DNA of 64,000 nt from NCBI GenBank assembly GCA_035479295.1, contig DATIIV010000033.1:2901-66900 (forward strand), given 5' to 3'. The DNA comes from Candidatus Saccharimonadia bacterium (GTDB lineage Bacteria > Patescibacteriota > Saccharimonadia > UBA4664). This document shows, piece after piece, positions 49,671 through 60,415 of this stretch (positions are counted from its first letter, which is position 1; each line of letters starts with the position of its first letter). The notes under the pieces are model-generated. The model made no database searches. It saw nothing but the letters and a program-made list of their open reading frames with translations, and had not been told where the DNA came from. The position numbers were made by a program, and so were the translations under genes.

Positions 49671-51596
49671 GTGAATCAAGCCCATACCCGAAATTTTTGT
49701 ATTATTGCGCATATCGACCACGGCAAATCGACGCTGGCCGACCGTATGCTCGAGCTTACCGGCACGGTAGAGAAACGCGCCATGCAGGCTCAGCTGCTCG
49801 ATAGCATGGATCTGGAGCGCGAGAAGGGCATCACCATTAAGCTGCAGCCGGTGCGCATGCGGTGGACGCCAAGCATGCCTGGTGGTGAGAGTGGGGCCGA
49901 CGCAGAGGCGATTAATGCTGCGCCCGCCGGCGTTGGTAAAGACGATGCTTCGAGGGAAGAGGTGCCTCAAGTTCGCCGGCCAGCAGCGTTAATTGGCTCG
50001 GAGCAACCTACCTACACCCTCAACCTCATCGACACCCCCGGCCACGTTGACTTTAGCTATGAGGTCTCGCGTAGCCTGGCCGCCTGCGAAGGCGCCGTGT
50101 TGGTGGTGGACGCTTCGCAGGGTATTCAGGCGCAGACATTGGCCAATGTCTACCTGGCGATCGAGGCCGGCCTCACTATTATCCCGGTGCTCAATAAGAT
50201 TGACCTGCCGGCGGCCGATCCGGAGCGAGTGGCGGCTGAGGTCTCCAGCTTGCTTGGCTGTGATCCAGATAGCATTCTGCGCGTCTCGGGCAAGACTGGC
50301 GCTGGCGTAACCGAGTTGCTCGATGCTATCGTGGCGCAGATTCCGGCGCCTCAGGGTGAGGCGGAGGCGCCGCTCCGAGCGCTCATCTTCGACTCGATCT
50401 ACGACGAGTACCGCGGCGTTATCCTGTTTGTGCGCGTCGTCGATGGCGCGTTGCACAAGGGCGACACACTCAAGCTGATGGCCACCCGCGCCACCGGCCT
50501 GGCCGTTGAGTCTGGCATTTTTATGCCCAAGCAGACGCCGACGGCCGAGATCGCCACTGGCCAGATCGGCTACGTTGTCACCAACCTTAAATCTATCGCC
50601 GAGGCTCGGGTGGGCGATACCGTTACACTGGTGGCTGCGCCGGCTGTCGAGGCGTTGCCGGGCTACCGTCAGGTTAAGCCGTTTGTATTTGCCGGCTTCT
50701 TCCCCAGCTCGGGCGAGCAATACCCCGACCTCAAGGACGCGCTCGAGAAGCTTAAGCTTAACGATGCGGCGCTGCTGTACGAGCCCGAGTCGTCGCAGGT
50801 GTTGGGCTTTGGCTACCGCGTCGGCTTTTTGGGCCTGCTCCATCTCGATATTATCAAAGAGCGCCTGGAGCGCGAGTACGGCCTCGACCTGGTCGTTACC
50901 AGCCCCAGCACCGACTACATTGTGCACGAAACCGATGGCAGCGAGCGTACCATTCGCAGCGCCGCTGAGCTGCCCGACGCCTCCAAGATCGACTACATTC
51001 GCGAGCCGTGGATTGGTGGTGAGGTGGTGGTGCCCAACGAGTACGTCGGCGGTGTCATTCAGCTGATCAACCGCGTTCGTGGTCGTCAATCCAACCTGAG
51101 CTACCTCGACGAGACACTCGCATTGGTTGCCTTTGAGGCGCCGCTAGCCAACGTACTCACCGACTTTTATGACGCACTCAAGTCGATTACCTCGGGTTAT
51201 GGCAGCTTTAACTACGAGTTGGGCGATTACCGCCGCGAGAACTTGGTGCGGCTCGATATTTTGGTAGGCGGTGAGATGATCGATAGTCTCAGCCTGGTCA
51301 TTCACCGCGATGAGGCCTATCGCGCCGGCAAAGAGATCGTCGACAAGCTCAAAGAGATCATCCCCAAGCAGCTCTACGAGGTCAGCCTGCAGGCGGCCAT
51401 CGGTGGCAAGATCATCGCTCGCGAAGACGTTAAGGCCATGCGCAAAGACGTGACGGCCAAACTCTACGGCGGTGATGTCACCCGCAAAAACAAGCTGCTG
51501 GACAAGCAAAAGAAAGGCAAAAAGCGCATGAAACGTATCGGCAAGATCGATATCCCGGCCGAGGCGTTTATGGTGCTGGTGCGCAAGGATGGATAA
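49671..51596 (+). CDS. lepA: Elongation factor 4 (LepA) with an ~40-aa insertion in the G domain
   Basis: AHIDHGKSTLADR, EREKGITIK, DTPGHVDF, NKID, GFLGLLH, YGGDVTRK. Confidence 0.98.
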   Translation: MNQAHTRNFCIIAHIDHGKSTLADRMLELTGTVEKRAMQAQLLDSMDLEREKGITIKLQPVRMRWTPSMPGGESGADAEAINAAPAGVGKDDASREEVPQVRRPAALIGSEQPTYTLNLIDTPGHVDFSYEVSRSLAACEGAVLVVDASQGIQAQTLANVYLAIEAGLTIIPVLNKIDLPAADPERVAAEVSSLLGCDPDSILRVSGKTGAGVTELLDAIVAQIPAPQGEAEAPLRALIFDSIYDEYRGVILFVRVVDGALHKGDTLKLMATRATGLAVESGIFMPKQTPTAEIATGQIGYVVTNLKSIAEARVGDTVTLVAAPAVEALPGYRQVKPFVFAGFFPSSGEQYPDLKDALEKLKLNDAALLYEPESSQVLGFGYRVGFLGLLHLDIIKERLEREYGLDLVVTSPSTDYIVHETDGSERTIRSAAELPDASKIDYIREPWIGGEVVVPNEYVGGVIQLINRVRGRQSNLSYLDETLALVAFEAPLANVLTDFYDALKSITSGYGSFNYELGDYRRENLVRLDILVGGEMIDSLSLVIHRDEAYRAGKEIVDKLKEIIPKQLYEVSLQAAIGGKIIAREDVKAMRKDVTAKLYGGDVTRKNKLLDKQKKGKKRMKRIGKIDIPAEAFMVLVRKDG

Positions 51597-51622
51597 TCGG
51601 GAGGAGAGCAACAAGGCGCCTT

Positions 51623-52163
51623 ATGGAAAGTCAATCAAGTAATAAATTTAGCAAAAATGCTGAAGTTGCTGTGCAGCTTGCCACTGACCGGCGTGTGTCA
51701 ACTAGGGCTCTTATCGAAGCTTACGTATCAGAAAGAATCAAGTTCCTGGCAGACCTTGCGGGTTACTCACTTGCGGGGTTGGGAGGGTCTCTTATGATAG
51801 TGACTACCAATCCAGGCCCTATTATTAAACCCCCCCCAGCACTTTTCTATGTAGCATCAGCTGGCTTCATACTAATTATCGCGATCACACTTATTATGCG
51901 CGGAATATGGATTGGGTACTTAATGAGTGCTTACACGTACATTGAATTAAGATATGGATGGTTAGCCGGAGCGGCAAGGGGGTCAGTTACTCAGTCCTGA
52001 CGATCCAGTTGTCCAGGCGAGGCTTAGTGAGGAGCTGGGTGCACCCCACGAGGTTCCGGTGGCCTCCTCGGTAGTCGAAGGTATTACGAATAGCATTAGC
52101 GCCCTCTTTATTGGTTCACTTCTTTTGTTTGTAATGGCATTGGTTTTTAAAATTCAGGCTTGA
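51623..52163 (+). pseudogene. AT-richer membrane protein gene, apparently frameshifted
   Basis: ORF stops at 52000, but the +1 frame after a G5 run (51978-82) stays open to 52163 and encodes a further TM. Confidence 0.5.
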
Positions 52164-52187
52164 TTAAATCCTCAGTGTAATTACAAT
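52160..52187 (+). promoter_or_regulatory. TA promoter with palindromic operator
   Basis: TTGATT-16-TACAAT with the TGTAATTACA palindrome at 52176-52185. Confidence 0.65.
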
Positions 52188-52193
52188 GTAATC

Positions 52194-52478
52194 ATGAACA
52201 AGCTCGCCGTGGCCGCCAAGTTAATCCAGATCGGTAACTCGCGCGGGGTGCGGTTGCCCAAGGAGCTGATTGAGCAGGCGGGCCTGGGCGATGAGATAGA
52301 GCTAGTGGTACGCGACGGCGAGATTCTGATTGCTAATCGCCGGCGGCCGCGCCAGGGCTGGGCCGAGATCTACGAGGAGCTAGCACGGACGGGTCAGCTA
52401 GCGCTGACGGAGGAGGACCAAGAGTGGCTGAATATGCGCTCCTTGCCCGAAGAGGAGGCCGATTGGGAGTGGGAGTGA
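52194..52478 (+). CDS. mazE: AbrB/MazE-family antitoxin
   Basis: IGNSRGVRLPK..GLGDEIEL; acidic tail. Confidence 0.9.
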   Translation: MNKLAVAAKLIQIGNSRGVRLPKELIEQAGLGDEIELVVRDGEILIANRRRPRQGWAEIYEELARTGQLALTEEDQEWLNMRSLPEEEADWEWE

Positions 52479-52792
52479 GGCGTGGCGAAGTCTACTTGGT
52501 GCGATTTGGCCCCGCCGTTGGCAGTGAGGTTGTAAAAGACCGGCCGTGCGTGGTGGTCTCGCCCGACGAGATGAACGCCAAGGCTGCGACCTTTATTGGC
52601 GTGCCGCTTACGACCAAGTATCGGCCCTATCCCAGTCGGATTCGTTGTGAAGTGCGCGATAAAGTTGGCTATGCTATGTTGGACCAGGTTCAAGTATTGA
52701 GTCCGCAGCGGATTATCAGCCAAATAACTCAGCTTCATCAAAGTGAGCTGGAACGAGTGCTTGACCGCTTAGCCGAGATGTTTGCATTGTGA
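52475..52792 (+). CDS. mazF: PemK/MazF-family toxin
   Basis: GTGA overlap; RGEVYLVRFGPAVGSE..RPCVVVS, VPLTT, LDQV. Confidence 0.92.
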   Translation: MRRGEVYLVRFGPAVGSEVVKDRPCVVVSPDEMNAKAATFIGVPLTTKYRPYPSRIRCEVRDKVGYAMLDQVQVLSPQRIISQITQLHQSELERVLDRLAEMFAL

Positions 52793-52820
52793 ATGAAGTT
52801 AGTGCCAGAGAAGGAGAATT

Positions 52821-53555
52821 ATGCGCACACCCTTGAATGATAGCGCTATGGCGCCGGCTCGCCAGTACGTGGAGCGGGAGCTGAGGCGGCTGGAGTGGAC
52901 CGAGTCACTGACGAGCGAGGAGCTGTGGGGCTGGCTGAGCGCGCTATCGGCGCGGCGGCTCAACGATGTGGGCACGGTGTTGTCGGATGATTCGTTCACC
53001 TGGAAGCTCGAGGAGGTGCCGCTGGAGCAGTTTGTGTTGACCGGCGTTAATCCTCAGGTGAATGCGCTAACGATTGAGCGGGCCAAGGGCCAGCCACTGG
53101 CGCTGCGTCAGCTGGCGCGACAAGAGCCGACAGTGCGGCGGCTCTTGCTCGATGAGGGGGTTGAGCCGGCGCTGAGGCCAGATTACGAGCCGCTGCTGTG
53201 CGCCGAGTCGCGGCCGAGCGAGACCAAGTACGCCGGCAAGCTGCGCGTTTTTGACGGCATGCACCGGCTGCTCGCGGCGGTGCTAGGCAACGAGATGACG
53301 CTGCAGGCCTGGGTAGGCCGCCTTACCAATGAGGCCGGCCGGCCGTTCGTGAGTCCGGCGGCGGTGCGAGCGTTGCTTAAGCTGTGGCGCGAGTGCCCGC
53401 CCAGCATCGACAAAGCAGCACTGGCGGCGGCACTACAGCAGGTGGCGCGCAGCTACGTGGCCACCTACGCCAACGCTCGTCACGTGTTGACCGAGCAGGT
53501 GGCCGGCGCCCGTCAGGATGTGCAGGAGGTCTTTGCGCCGGCGCTCCAGGAGTAG
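52821..53555 (+). CDS. Hypothetical protein with a ParB/Srx-like motif
   Basis: LRVFDGMHRLLA; AAGGAG SD. Confidence 0.7.
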   Translation: MRTPLNDSAMAPARQYVERELRRLEWTESLTSEELWGWLSALSARRLNDVGTVLSDDSFTWKLEEVPLEQFVLTGVNPQVNALTIERAKGQPLALRQLARQEPTVRRLLLDEGVEPALRPDYEPLLCAESRPSETKYAGKLRVFDGMHRLLAAVLGNEMTLQAWVGRLTNEAGRPFVSPAAVRALLKLWRECPPSIDKAALAAALQQVARSYVATYANARHVLTEQVAGARQDVQEVFAPALQE

Positions 53556-53668
53556 CGCGGCAGGCAAATCGAGACGGCGCAGCCCGATCCGGGCTGCGCC
53601 GTTTGCATCTAGCGACACCCGCAAGCATTAGTGGTATAAAAGAGATACACAGCTAAAGCGGGAACGCT

Positions 53669-54142
53669 ATGCCAGAGCCAAATCTGAACTCAACGCCGCC
53701 GAGCTCGCCGACCACCCCGCCGGCGCCCGGCAGCGTGACGCAGCCCAATGTGACCTCGCCGCTGGTGCCGGGCGCCGTACCGGGTCGACCGGCCGGCCCG
53801 GTAGTAACGCCACCCGCCCAACCACCGGTTGCCGTCTCCACCTCGGCGCCACTGCCGGGCCCGATGCGGCCCGACTTGCCGGAGCCGCCCAGCGGTCTGC
53901 GGGCCAGGCTGGCCGTGGTCATCTTAGTTATGCTCGTGCTGGTGGCCGGTGGCGTAGCCCTCTATCAATTCGGTCCGTTTAAGCCGGTGGCTCGGCTGCC
54001 TAAACCCACTGCCACTCCTATTATCACTAGCGATATCCAATCTGAAGTAACTGATGTCAATGCTGCACTACGGGCTGCCGATGCCAATCTAAGCGGTCTA
54101 ACGGCCGGCCTGGCCGATCAGCCGGGGAGCCTGAGCGAATGA
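53669..54142 (+). CDS. Hypothetical Pro-rich single-TM protein
   Basis: Pro-rich N-terminus, TM, short helical tail. Confidence 0.75.
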   Translation: MPEPNLNSTPPSSPTTPPAPGSVTQPNVTSPLVPGAVPGRPAGPVVTPPAQPPVAVSTSAPLPGPMRPDLPEPPSGLRARLAVVILVMLVLVAGGVALYQFGPFKPVARLPKPTATPIITSDIQSEVTDVNAALRAADANLSGLTAGLADQPGSLSE

Positions 54143-54933
54143 GCCGTTTTACGCGTAGCCTCCTCATCGGCATGGTGGCAGCGGCCGTGCCGAGCCTCGT
54201 ACTGGCGGCCGACATTCTGCCGAGCCCCACGCCCACGCCGGGTCCGGTCTCGTCGGCGCAGCAGTCGGCTCACCTTAATCGCCTCAAGACCAACGGTGCC
54301 GCCGAGGCCGACCGCCGCCGCGCCGCCTTGCAGGATGCACTCAGCAAAGTTCAGGGCAGCACCAAGCTCGACGCTGCTACCAAGAAAGCGCTCACCGATC
54401 AGCTCCAGGCTGAGATTACCAAGCTCACCACTACCGAGTCTAAGCTAGGCTCTGAGACCGACTTGACCTCGGCCCGCATCGACGCCCAGACTATCTTTGC
54501 CGAGTATGGTGCTTATGCTTTACTCCTGTCTAAGGCTCAATTACTAGCTGCCGCCGACCGGCTGGTGTTAGCTGGCGGTAAGCTGCAGGTTATTACCGGC
54601 CATCTGGAGGCCAAGATAAATGGCGCACAAACTCAGGGCAAGGACGTAACGGCCGCTCAAAAACGTTTAACCGATCTTAAGGCCAAATTAGCCCACGCCA
54701 AGCTCCAATACGACGGCCTAGCCGCTAAGGCTATGCCATTAACCGTGGCCGACTATGCCAATAGCCATAAGGCGCTCGCGACTGAGGCCGTTGGTCTTGC
54801 TACCGCTCGCAGCGACTTTCAGGTTGCCTTAGATGATGTCAATGGAATTGTCTCTGAGTTGAGCAACCTCAAGACCGCTACTCCCACGCCGAGCCCTTCG
54901 CCATCGGCGAGCCCCAGCCCGGCCGCTCACTAG
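54139..54933 (+). CDS. Hypothetical exported coiled-coil protein
   Basis: Signal peptide, long helices, QGKDV, PS/PT tails; ATGA overlap. Confidence 0.8.
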   Translation: MSRFTRSLLIGMVAAAVPSLVLAADILPSPTPTPGPVSSAQQSAHLNRLKTNGAAEADRRRAALQDALSKVQGSTKLDAATKKALTDQLQAEITKLTTTESKLGSETDLTSARIDAQTIFAEYGAYALLLSKAQLLAAADRLVLAGGKLQVITGHLEAKINGAQTQGKDVTAAQKRLTDLKAKLAHAKLQYDGLAAKAMPLTVADYANSHKALATEAVGLATARSDFQVALDDVNGIVSELSNLKTATPTPSPSPSASPSPAAH

Positions 54934-55186
54934 CGTTGGCTTACTTAACCTTGGGTGTGCCCGAGCCGGGATTTGAGCCACTGACGAGACGGTACAAGAA
55001 TAACACCACGGCTACCACGAGCAGCAGATGAATCAGCGCCCCGCCCAAGTGAATGAGGAGCCCAATTAGCCACAAGGCCAGCAGTACGGTAATAATAGTG
55101 TAGAGCACGGTACGTTCTCCTTAGTAGAACCAGTTTGGCTGCTGGGCTAGCTCTTGGCATTATGCAAAGCTCCAGACCGCCGCTGT

Positions 55187-55213
55187 TTGGCACTCTTGAG
55201 AAAAGAGTGCCAA
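55187..55213 (+). promoter_or_regulatory. CIRCE element (HrcA operator)
   Basis: TTGGCACTC-N9-GAGTGCCAA upstream of hrcA. Confidence 0.92.
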
Positions 55214-55230
55214 ACAGCTAAAATAGCGCC

Positions 55231-55923
55231 ATGACACCACGCCAACAACAGATTCTCACCGCTATCGTTGAGCTCTATGCCCAGACGGCTGAGCCGGTTG
55301 GCTCGCTGGCGCTTTGCCGACAGTTCGAGATGAGCAGCGCCACCATTCGCGCCGAGATGGCCGAGCTGGAACGCCAGGGGTTCATTATGCAGCCGCACAT
55401 CTCGGCTGGGCGGGTGCCGACCGACAAAGGCTATCGTTTTTATGTAAATGGCTTGGGTGAGCGGCCGGCCGACAGCCGCACCGAACAGGCGCTGGCCAAG
55501 CGCGTCCGTAGCGCCGGTCAAGCCGAGCAATCTATCAAGAGCGCCGTCGAGAGCTTGGCACATGTTACGCACAACCTAGGGTTGGGTACCATCGGTCGCA
55601 ACCTCTATCTTAGTGGCATGGCCAGCCTGTTTCAGCAGCCTGAGTTCTATGGCGGCGCGCAGGCCTATGAGGTGGCACGGCTGCTCGACAGCCTCGAAGA
55701 GTGGCTGGCTGAGGCAGCACCAAACGATCCGATCAGCGTCTACATTGGCCAAGAGAACCCGATCGGCCGCTCCAGCGGCGCCACGCTCATCATTAGCCGG
55801 TTTGAGTCGCCCTACAGCGATCGCAGCTACATTGGCGTGCTTGGCCCCACGCGCCAGCATTACGATTCGGTCATTGGCCTGGTAGAATACACCGGAAAGC
55901 TATTGGAGGAGGCGCTAAATTAA
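55231..55923 (+). CDS. hrcA: Heat-inducible transcription repressor HrcA (short form)
   Basis: EPVGS, SSATIRAEM, QPHISAGRVPTDKGYRFYV, GVLGPTR. Confidence 0.95.
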   Translation: MTPRQQQILTAIVELYAQTAEPVGSLALCRQFEMSSATIRAEMAELERQGFIMQPHISAGRVPTDKGYRFYVNGLGERPADSRTEQALAKRVRSAGQAEQSIKSAVESLAHVTHNLGLGTIGRNLYLSGMASLFQQPEFYGGAQAYEVARLLDSLEEWLAEAAPNDPISVYIGQENPIGRSSGATLIISRFESPYSDRSYIGVLGPTRQHYDSVIGLVEYTGKLLEEALN

Positions 55924-56492
55924 TGAGCAAAAAAACTACTCAGCCCGATGACCTCGCCACCCAAGTCGAGGAGTTGACGCAAGATTTGCAACGGGTGCAG
56001 GCCGAATTTATGAACTTTAAACGCCGGGTCGAAGAGGAGAAGACCGAGCTGTTGGGCTTTGCTAAAAGTCGAATTGTGCGCGAATTCTTGACGGTGCGCG
56101 ATAATTTTGACCAAGAGCTGGCTCATCGTCCGGCCGGCATCGACGCGCAGTGGGCTGCCTCGATCGACGCCATTCGCAAGCAGTTCGATGCCGTGCTCAC
56201 GGGGCTTGGGGTGCGGCGATTCGACAGCCAGGGCCACGCTTTTGATCCCCGCCGCCACCAAGCTGTCACCATGGAAGACGGCGCTGGCGAGCACGAGGTG
56301 GTGCTCGATGAGCTGCAGCCGGGCTACGAGCGCGATGGTGTGGTGCTGCGGCCGGCGGTGGTTAAGGTGGGCCACAGCGACACGCCGCCGCCCGAGGCCG
56401 CCGGTAACGCCCAGGCCGCCGAGATCATCGAGGCCGAGCAGACGGAGCCTGAGGCGGTGCAGCCGCACCACCGCGACACCGAGGCCGATTAG
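55923..56492 (+). CDS. grpE: Nucleotide exchange factor GrpE
   Basis: QAEFMNFKRR, FDPRRHQAV, GY..LRPAVVKV. Confidence 0.95.
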   Translation: MSKKTTQPDDLATQVEELTQDLQRVQAEFMNFKRRVEEEKTELLGFAKSRIVREFLTVRDNFDQELAHRPAGIDAQWAASIDAIRKQFDAVLTGLGVRRFDSQGHAFDPRRHQAVTMEDGAGEHEVVLDELQPGYERDGVVLRPAVVKVGHSDTPPPEAAGNAQAAEIIEAEQTEPEAVQPHHRDTEAD

Positions 56493-56691
56493 CGAAAGCC
56501 CCCGACCGCCAGCCGGCAAAGGGCTTTCGGTCGGGGGCGGTGGCCATTAGCCCAGGTGCCGCCAGTGTTGTCGGTCGCGGCGGTGAGCAGCGCGCCGGTC
56601 TCGCAGCGAATCCTGCCATATGGCTACAAGGGTGCGGTGGTCTTGCGCGGCTCACGCATCAGGCAGGCCAATAGGCCGGTGGCCGAGAAGA

Positions 56692-57672
56692 TCACGTAGC
56701 CTCCGGGTGGTCGGGCCGAATGGACGATGTTGGTTCCGGCGCCAGCTCCGGCAGACTGCGCATGAGCAGCGTTCCCCCCAGAACCTGGGGCCGAACCTCC
56801 TCCGGTAGCAGGCTCAGCCAGAAGTTAGCAGGCTTTGCTTCGCCTCGCATAAGCAGCTGCCGGTAGTCGGCTGGCATCAGCGCTAGCACGATGTGGCCTA
56901 GCGCCCGCACGGTGTGCAGTCGAGGCTGTTGCTGCCCATACCGCACTGATCGAACGAGGTTGGCCAGCAGCGACGGCCACAGTCGCCACAGCTGCCAGCC
57001 CTGCCCGCCGCTCACATACAGGTAGAGCTCATTATAGTCCAGGCCATGGTAGAGCCGATAATGCTGGTTCTTAGCCCAGAACAGCAGCGTTTTGACCTGG
57101 GTAAGGAGCGCCAGGGCTTTCAGAACGTTGCCCTGAGTGACATAGAGCCGGGCCCTCATGCCCAGCGACGCACCCAGATCAGCTTGCGCCAGTCGTCGGT
57201 CGTACGCATAAGCCACATAGGCGCCGTTGCAGGCCTGGCGAAGGCGCTCGTCGGCCTCATCTAGCAGTGCTGTTCGCTCCGGTCCCACGCAAAGCGTGGC
57301 AGCCTGATGGCGACGCCACTCGGCGCCGTCGCGCCACAGCCGAAGCTGAAGCTGTCGCTTCATTGTGCAGTCAGGTACAGCAGAAAGGGCAGTCTTGGCC
57401 TGACGTTCGTGAGCCTGAGCTCCCTCATAGTCGCCCCGCAGCCGTGCCGTGATCATCTGGTCGATCAGGGTATTGGCGTAGATGCTGGACATAGTGGCTC
57501 CGGTCGGCGCCGGCCGCTGGCTCAAGAACTGGCGTAGTAGCCAGGACGTACCCGTGTGGTTGCGGCGGGGTTTTATCTCGTAATGAAACCGCAGCCCTCT
57601 CTGGGCCTTCCAGCCGTGCGGCGTCTGTCTCATCAGGTACTCCTTGTCTGTGCGGGCTGTAAATTGACTCAC
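56692..57672 (-). CDS. Hypothetical helical protein inserted between grpE and dnaK (start uncertain)
   Basis: 326-aa ORF on the opposite strand; no family recognised. Confidence 0.6.
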   Translation of the reverse strand: MSQFTARTDKEYLMRQTPHGWKAQRGLRFHYEIKPRRNHTGTSWLLRQFLSQRPAPTGATMSSIYANTLIDQMITARLRGDYEGAQAHERQAKTALSAVPDCTMKRQLQLRLWRDGAEWRRHQAATLCVGPERTALLDEADERLRQACNGAYVAYAYDRRLAQADLGASLGMRARLYVTQGNVLKALALLTQVKTLLFWAKNQHYRLYHGLDYNELYLYVSGGQGWQLWRLWPSLLANLVRSVRYGQQQPRLHTVRALGHIVLALMPADYRQLLMRGEAKPANFWLSLLPEEVRPQVLGGTLLMRSLPELAPEPTSSIRPDHPEAT

Positions 57673-57725
57673 CAGACGAAGCTGCCGATTACTATACCAT
57701 GAAATTAGTTGTTACTCTATGGACG

Positions 57726-57752
57726 TTAGCACTCTTGACGTCCGAGTGCTAA
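57726..57752 (+). promoter_or_regulatory. CIRCE element (perfect consensus)
   Basis: TTAGCACTC-N9-GAGTGCTAA; TTGACG-17-TACAAT promoter. Confidence 0.97.
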
Positions 57753-57772
57753 CTTTCTACAATAGAATCAAC

Positions 57773-57799
57773 TTAGCAAGCGTTCCCAGCGAGTGCTAA
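57773..57799 (+). promoter_or_regulatory. Second, degenerate CIRCE
   Basis: TTAGCAAGC-N9-GAGTGCTAA in the dnaK leader. Confidence 0.75.
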
Positions 57800-57825
57800 C
57801 ATAGCTTTAGAAGGAGATCTTATTC

Positions 57826-59757
<1,932 letters not shown>

Positions 59758-59778
59758 CTCACCTGCTACAATTGCCTC

Positions 59779-60189
59779 ATGTATACACCTTACCTCGTGC
59801 CCATCTCTTGCAAAGGAATCGTCTGGGAAGGCGGCAAAGTCTGGCTACGCAAGAACGAGCGCAATGAGTGGGAGCTACCCGGCGGCAAACTTGATCCCGG
59901 CGAACAACCGGCCGAAACGGTGGCGCGCGAAATGCTCGAAGAGCTGGGCGTGAAGGTGCACGTGGGCCGGGTGGTTGACAACTACTTGTACACCATTCAC
60001 ATGAGCGTCGATGAGAATCGCGGTGTGCTGGTAGCTAGCTACGCCTGCGAATTTGTAGAGCGGGTTGGCCAGGTCGAACACATCGGCGAAGCAGGCCGAG
60101 CGGAGTTTCGCCAGTTTCCGCCGGGGGAGATCGAGGCGCTGAACATGCCAGAGTTCTACAAACGAGCCATTAAGCTGGTCCGGTCATGA
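59779..60189 (+). CDS. NUDIX hydrolase
   Basis: Nudix box PGGKLDPGEQPAETVAREMLEELG. Confidence 0.93.
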   Translation: MYTPYLVPISCKGIVWEGGKVWLRKNERNEWELPGGKLDPGEQPAETVAREMLEELGVKVHVGRVVDNYLYTIHMSVDENRGVLVASYACEFVERVGQVEHIGEAGRAEFRQFPPGEIEALNMPEFYKRAIKLVRS

Positions 60190-60415
60190 TCAAGCTCCTT
60201 AACCCAACTGATCGCCGCGAGCGCCGTCAGCTCTATAAACTGGTGCACGAGTCGCAGCGCTTCAGCGCGTCACCCTGGACGGCCTGGAGCGCGATGACGA
60301 GTCGTTCGCGAAGTTAGTGCACAGCATCATTCGCCACAATCTGCGCGATCCCAAGCTGGCCTACTATTTGAACTGGCGCGACGACCGAGCGGTGGGCCAT
60401 ATTCTGCTGCGCGAG
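60186..60415 (+). pseudogene. Possible frameshifted, truncated gene remnant (GNAT-like N-terminus?)
   Basis: ATGA-coupled MIKLLNPTDRRE...; a second frame continues ...YYLNWRDDRAVGHILLRE into the convergent gene. Confidence 0.35.

Noticed and set aside
54945-55193. 82-aa minus-strand ORF before hrcA
   Set aside because: Overlaps the CIRCE, has no motif or clear start signal; unsupported.
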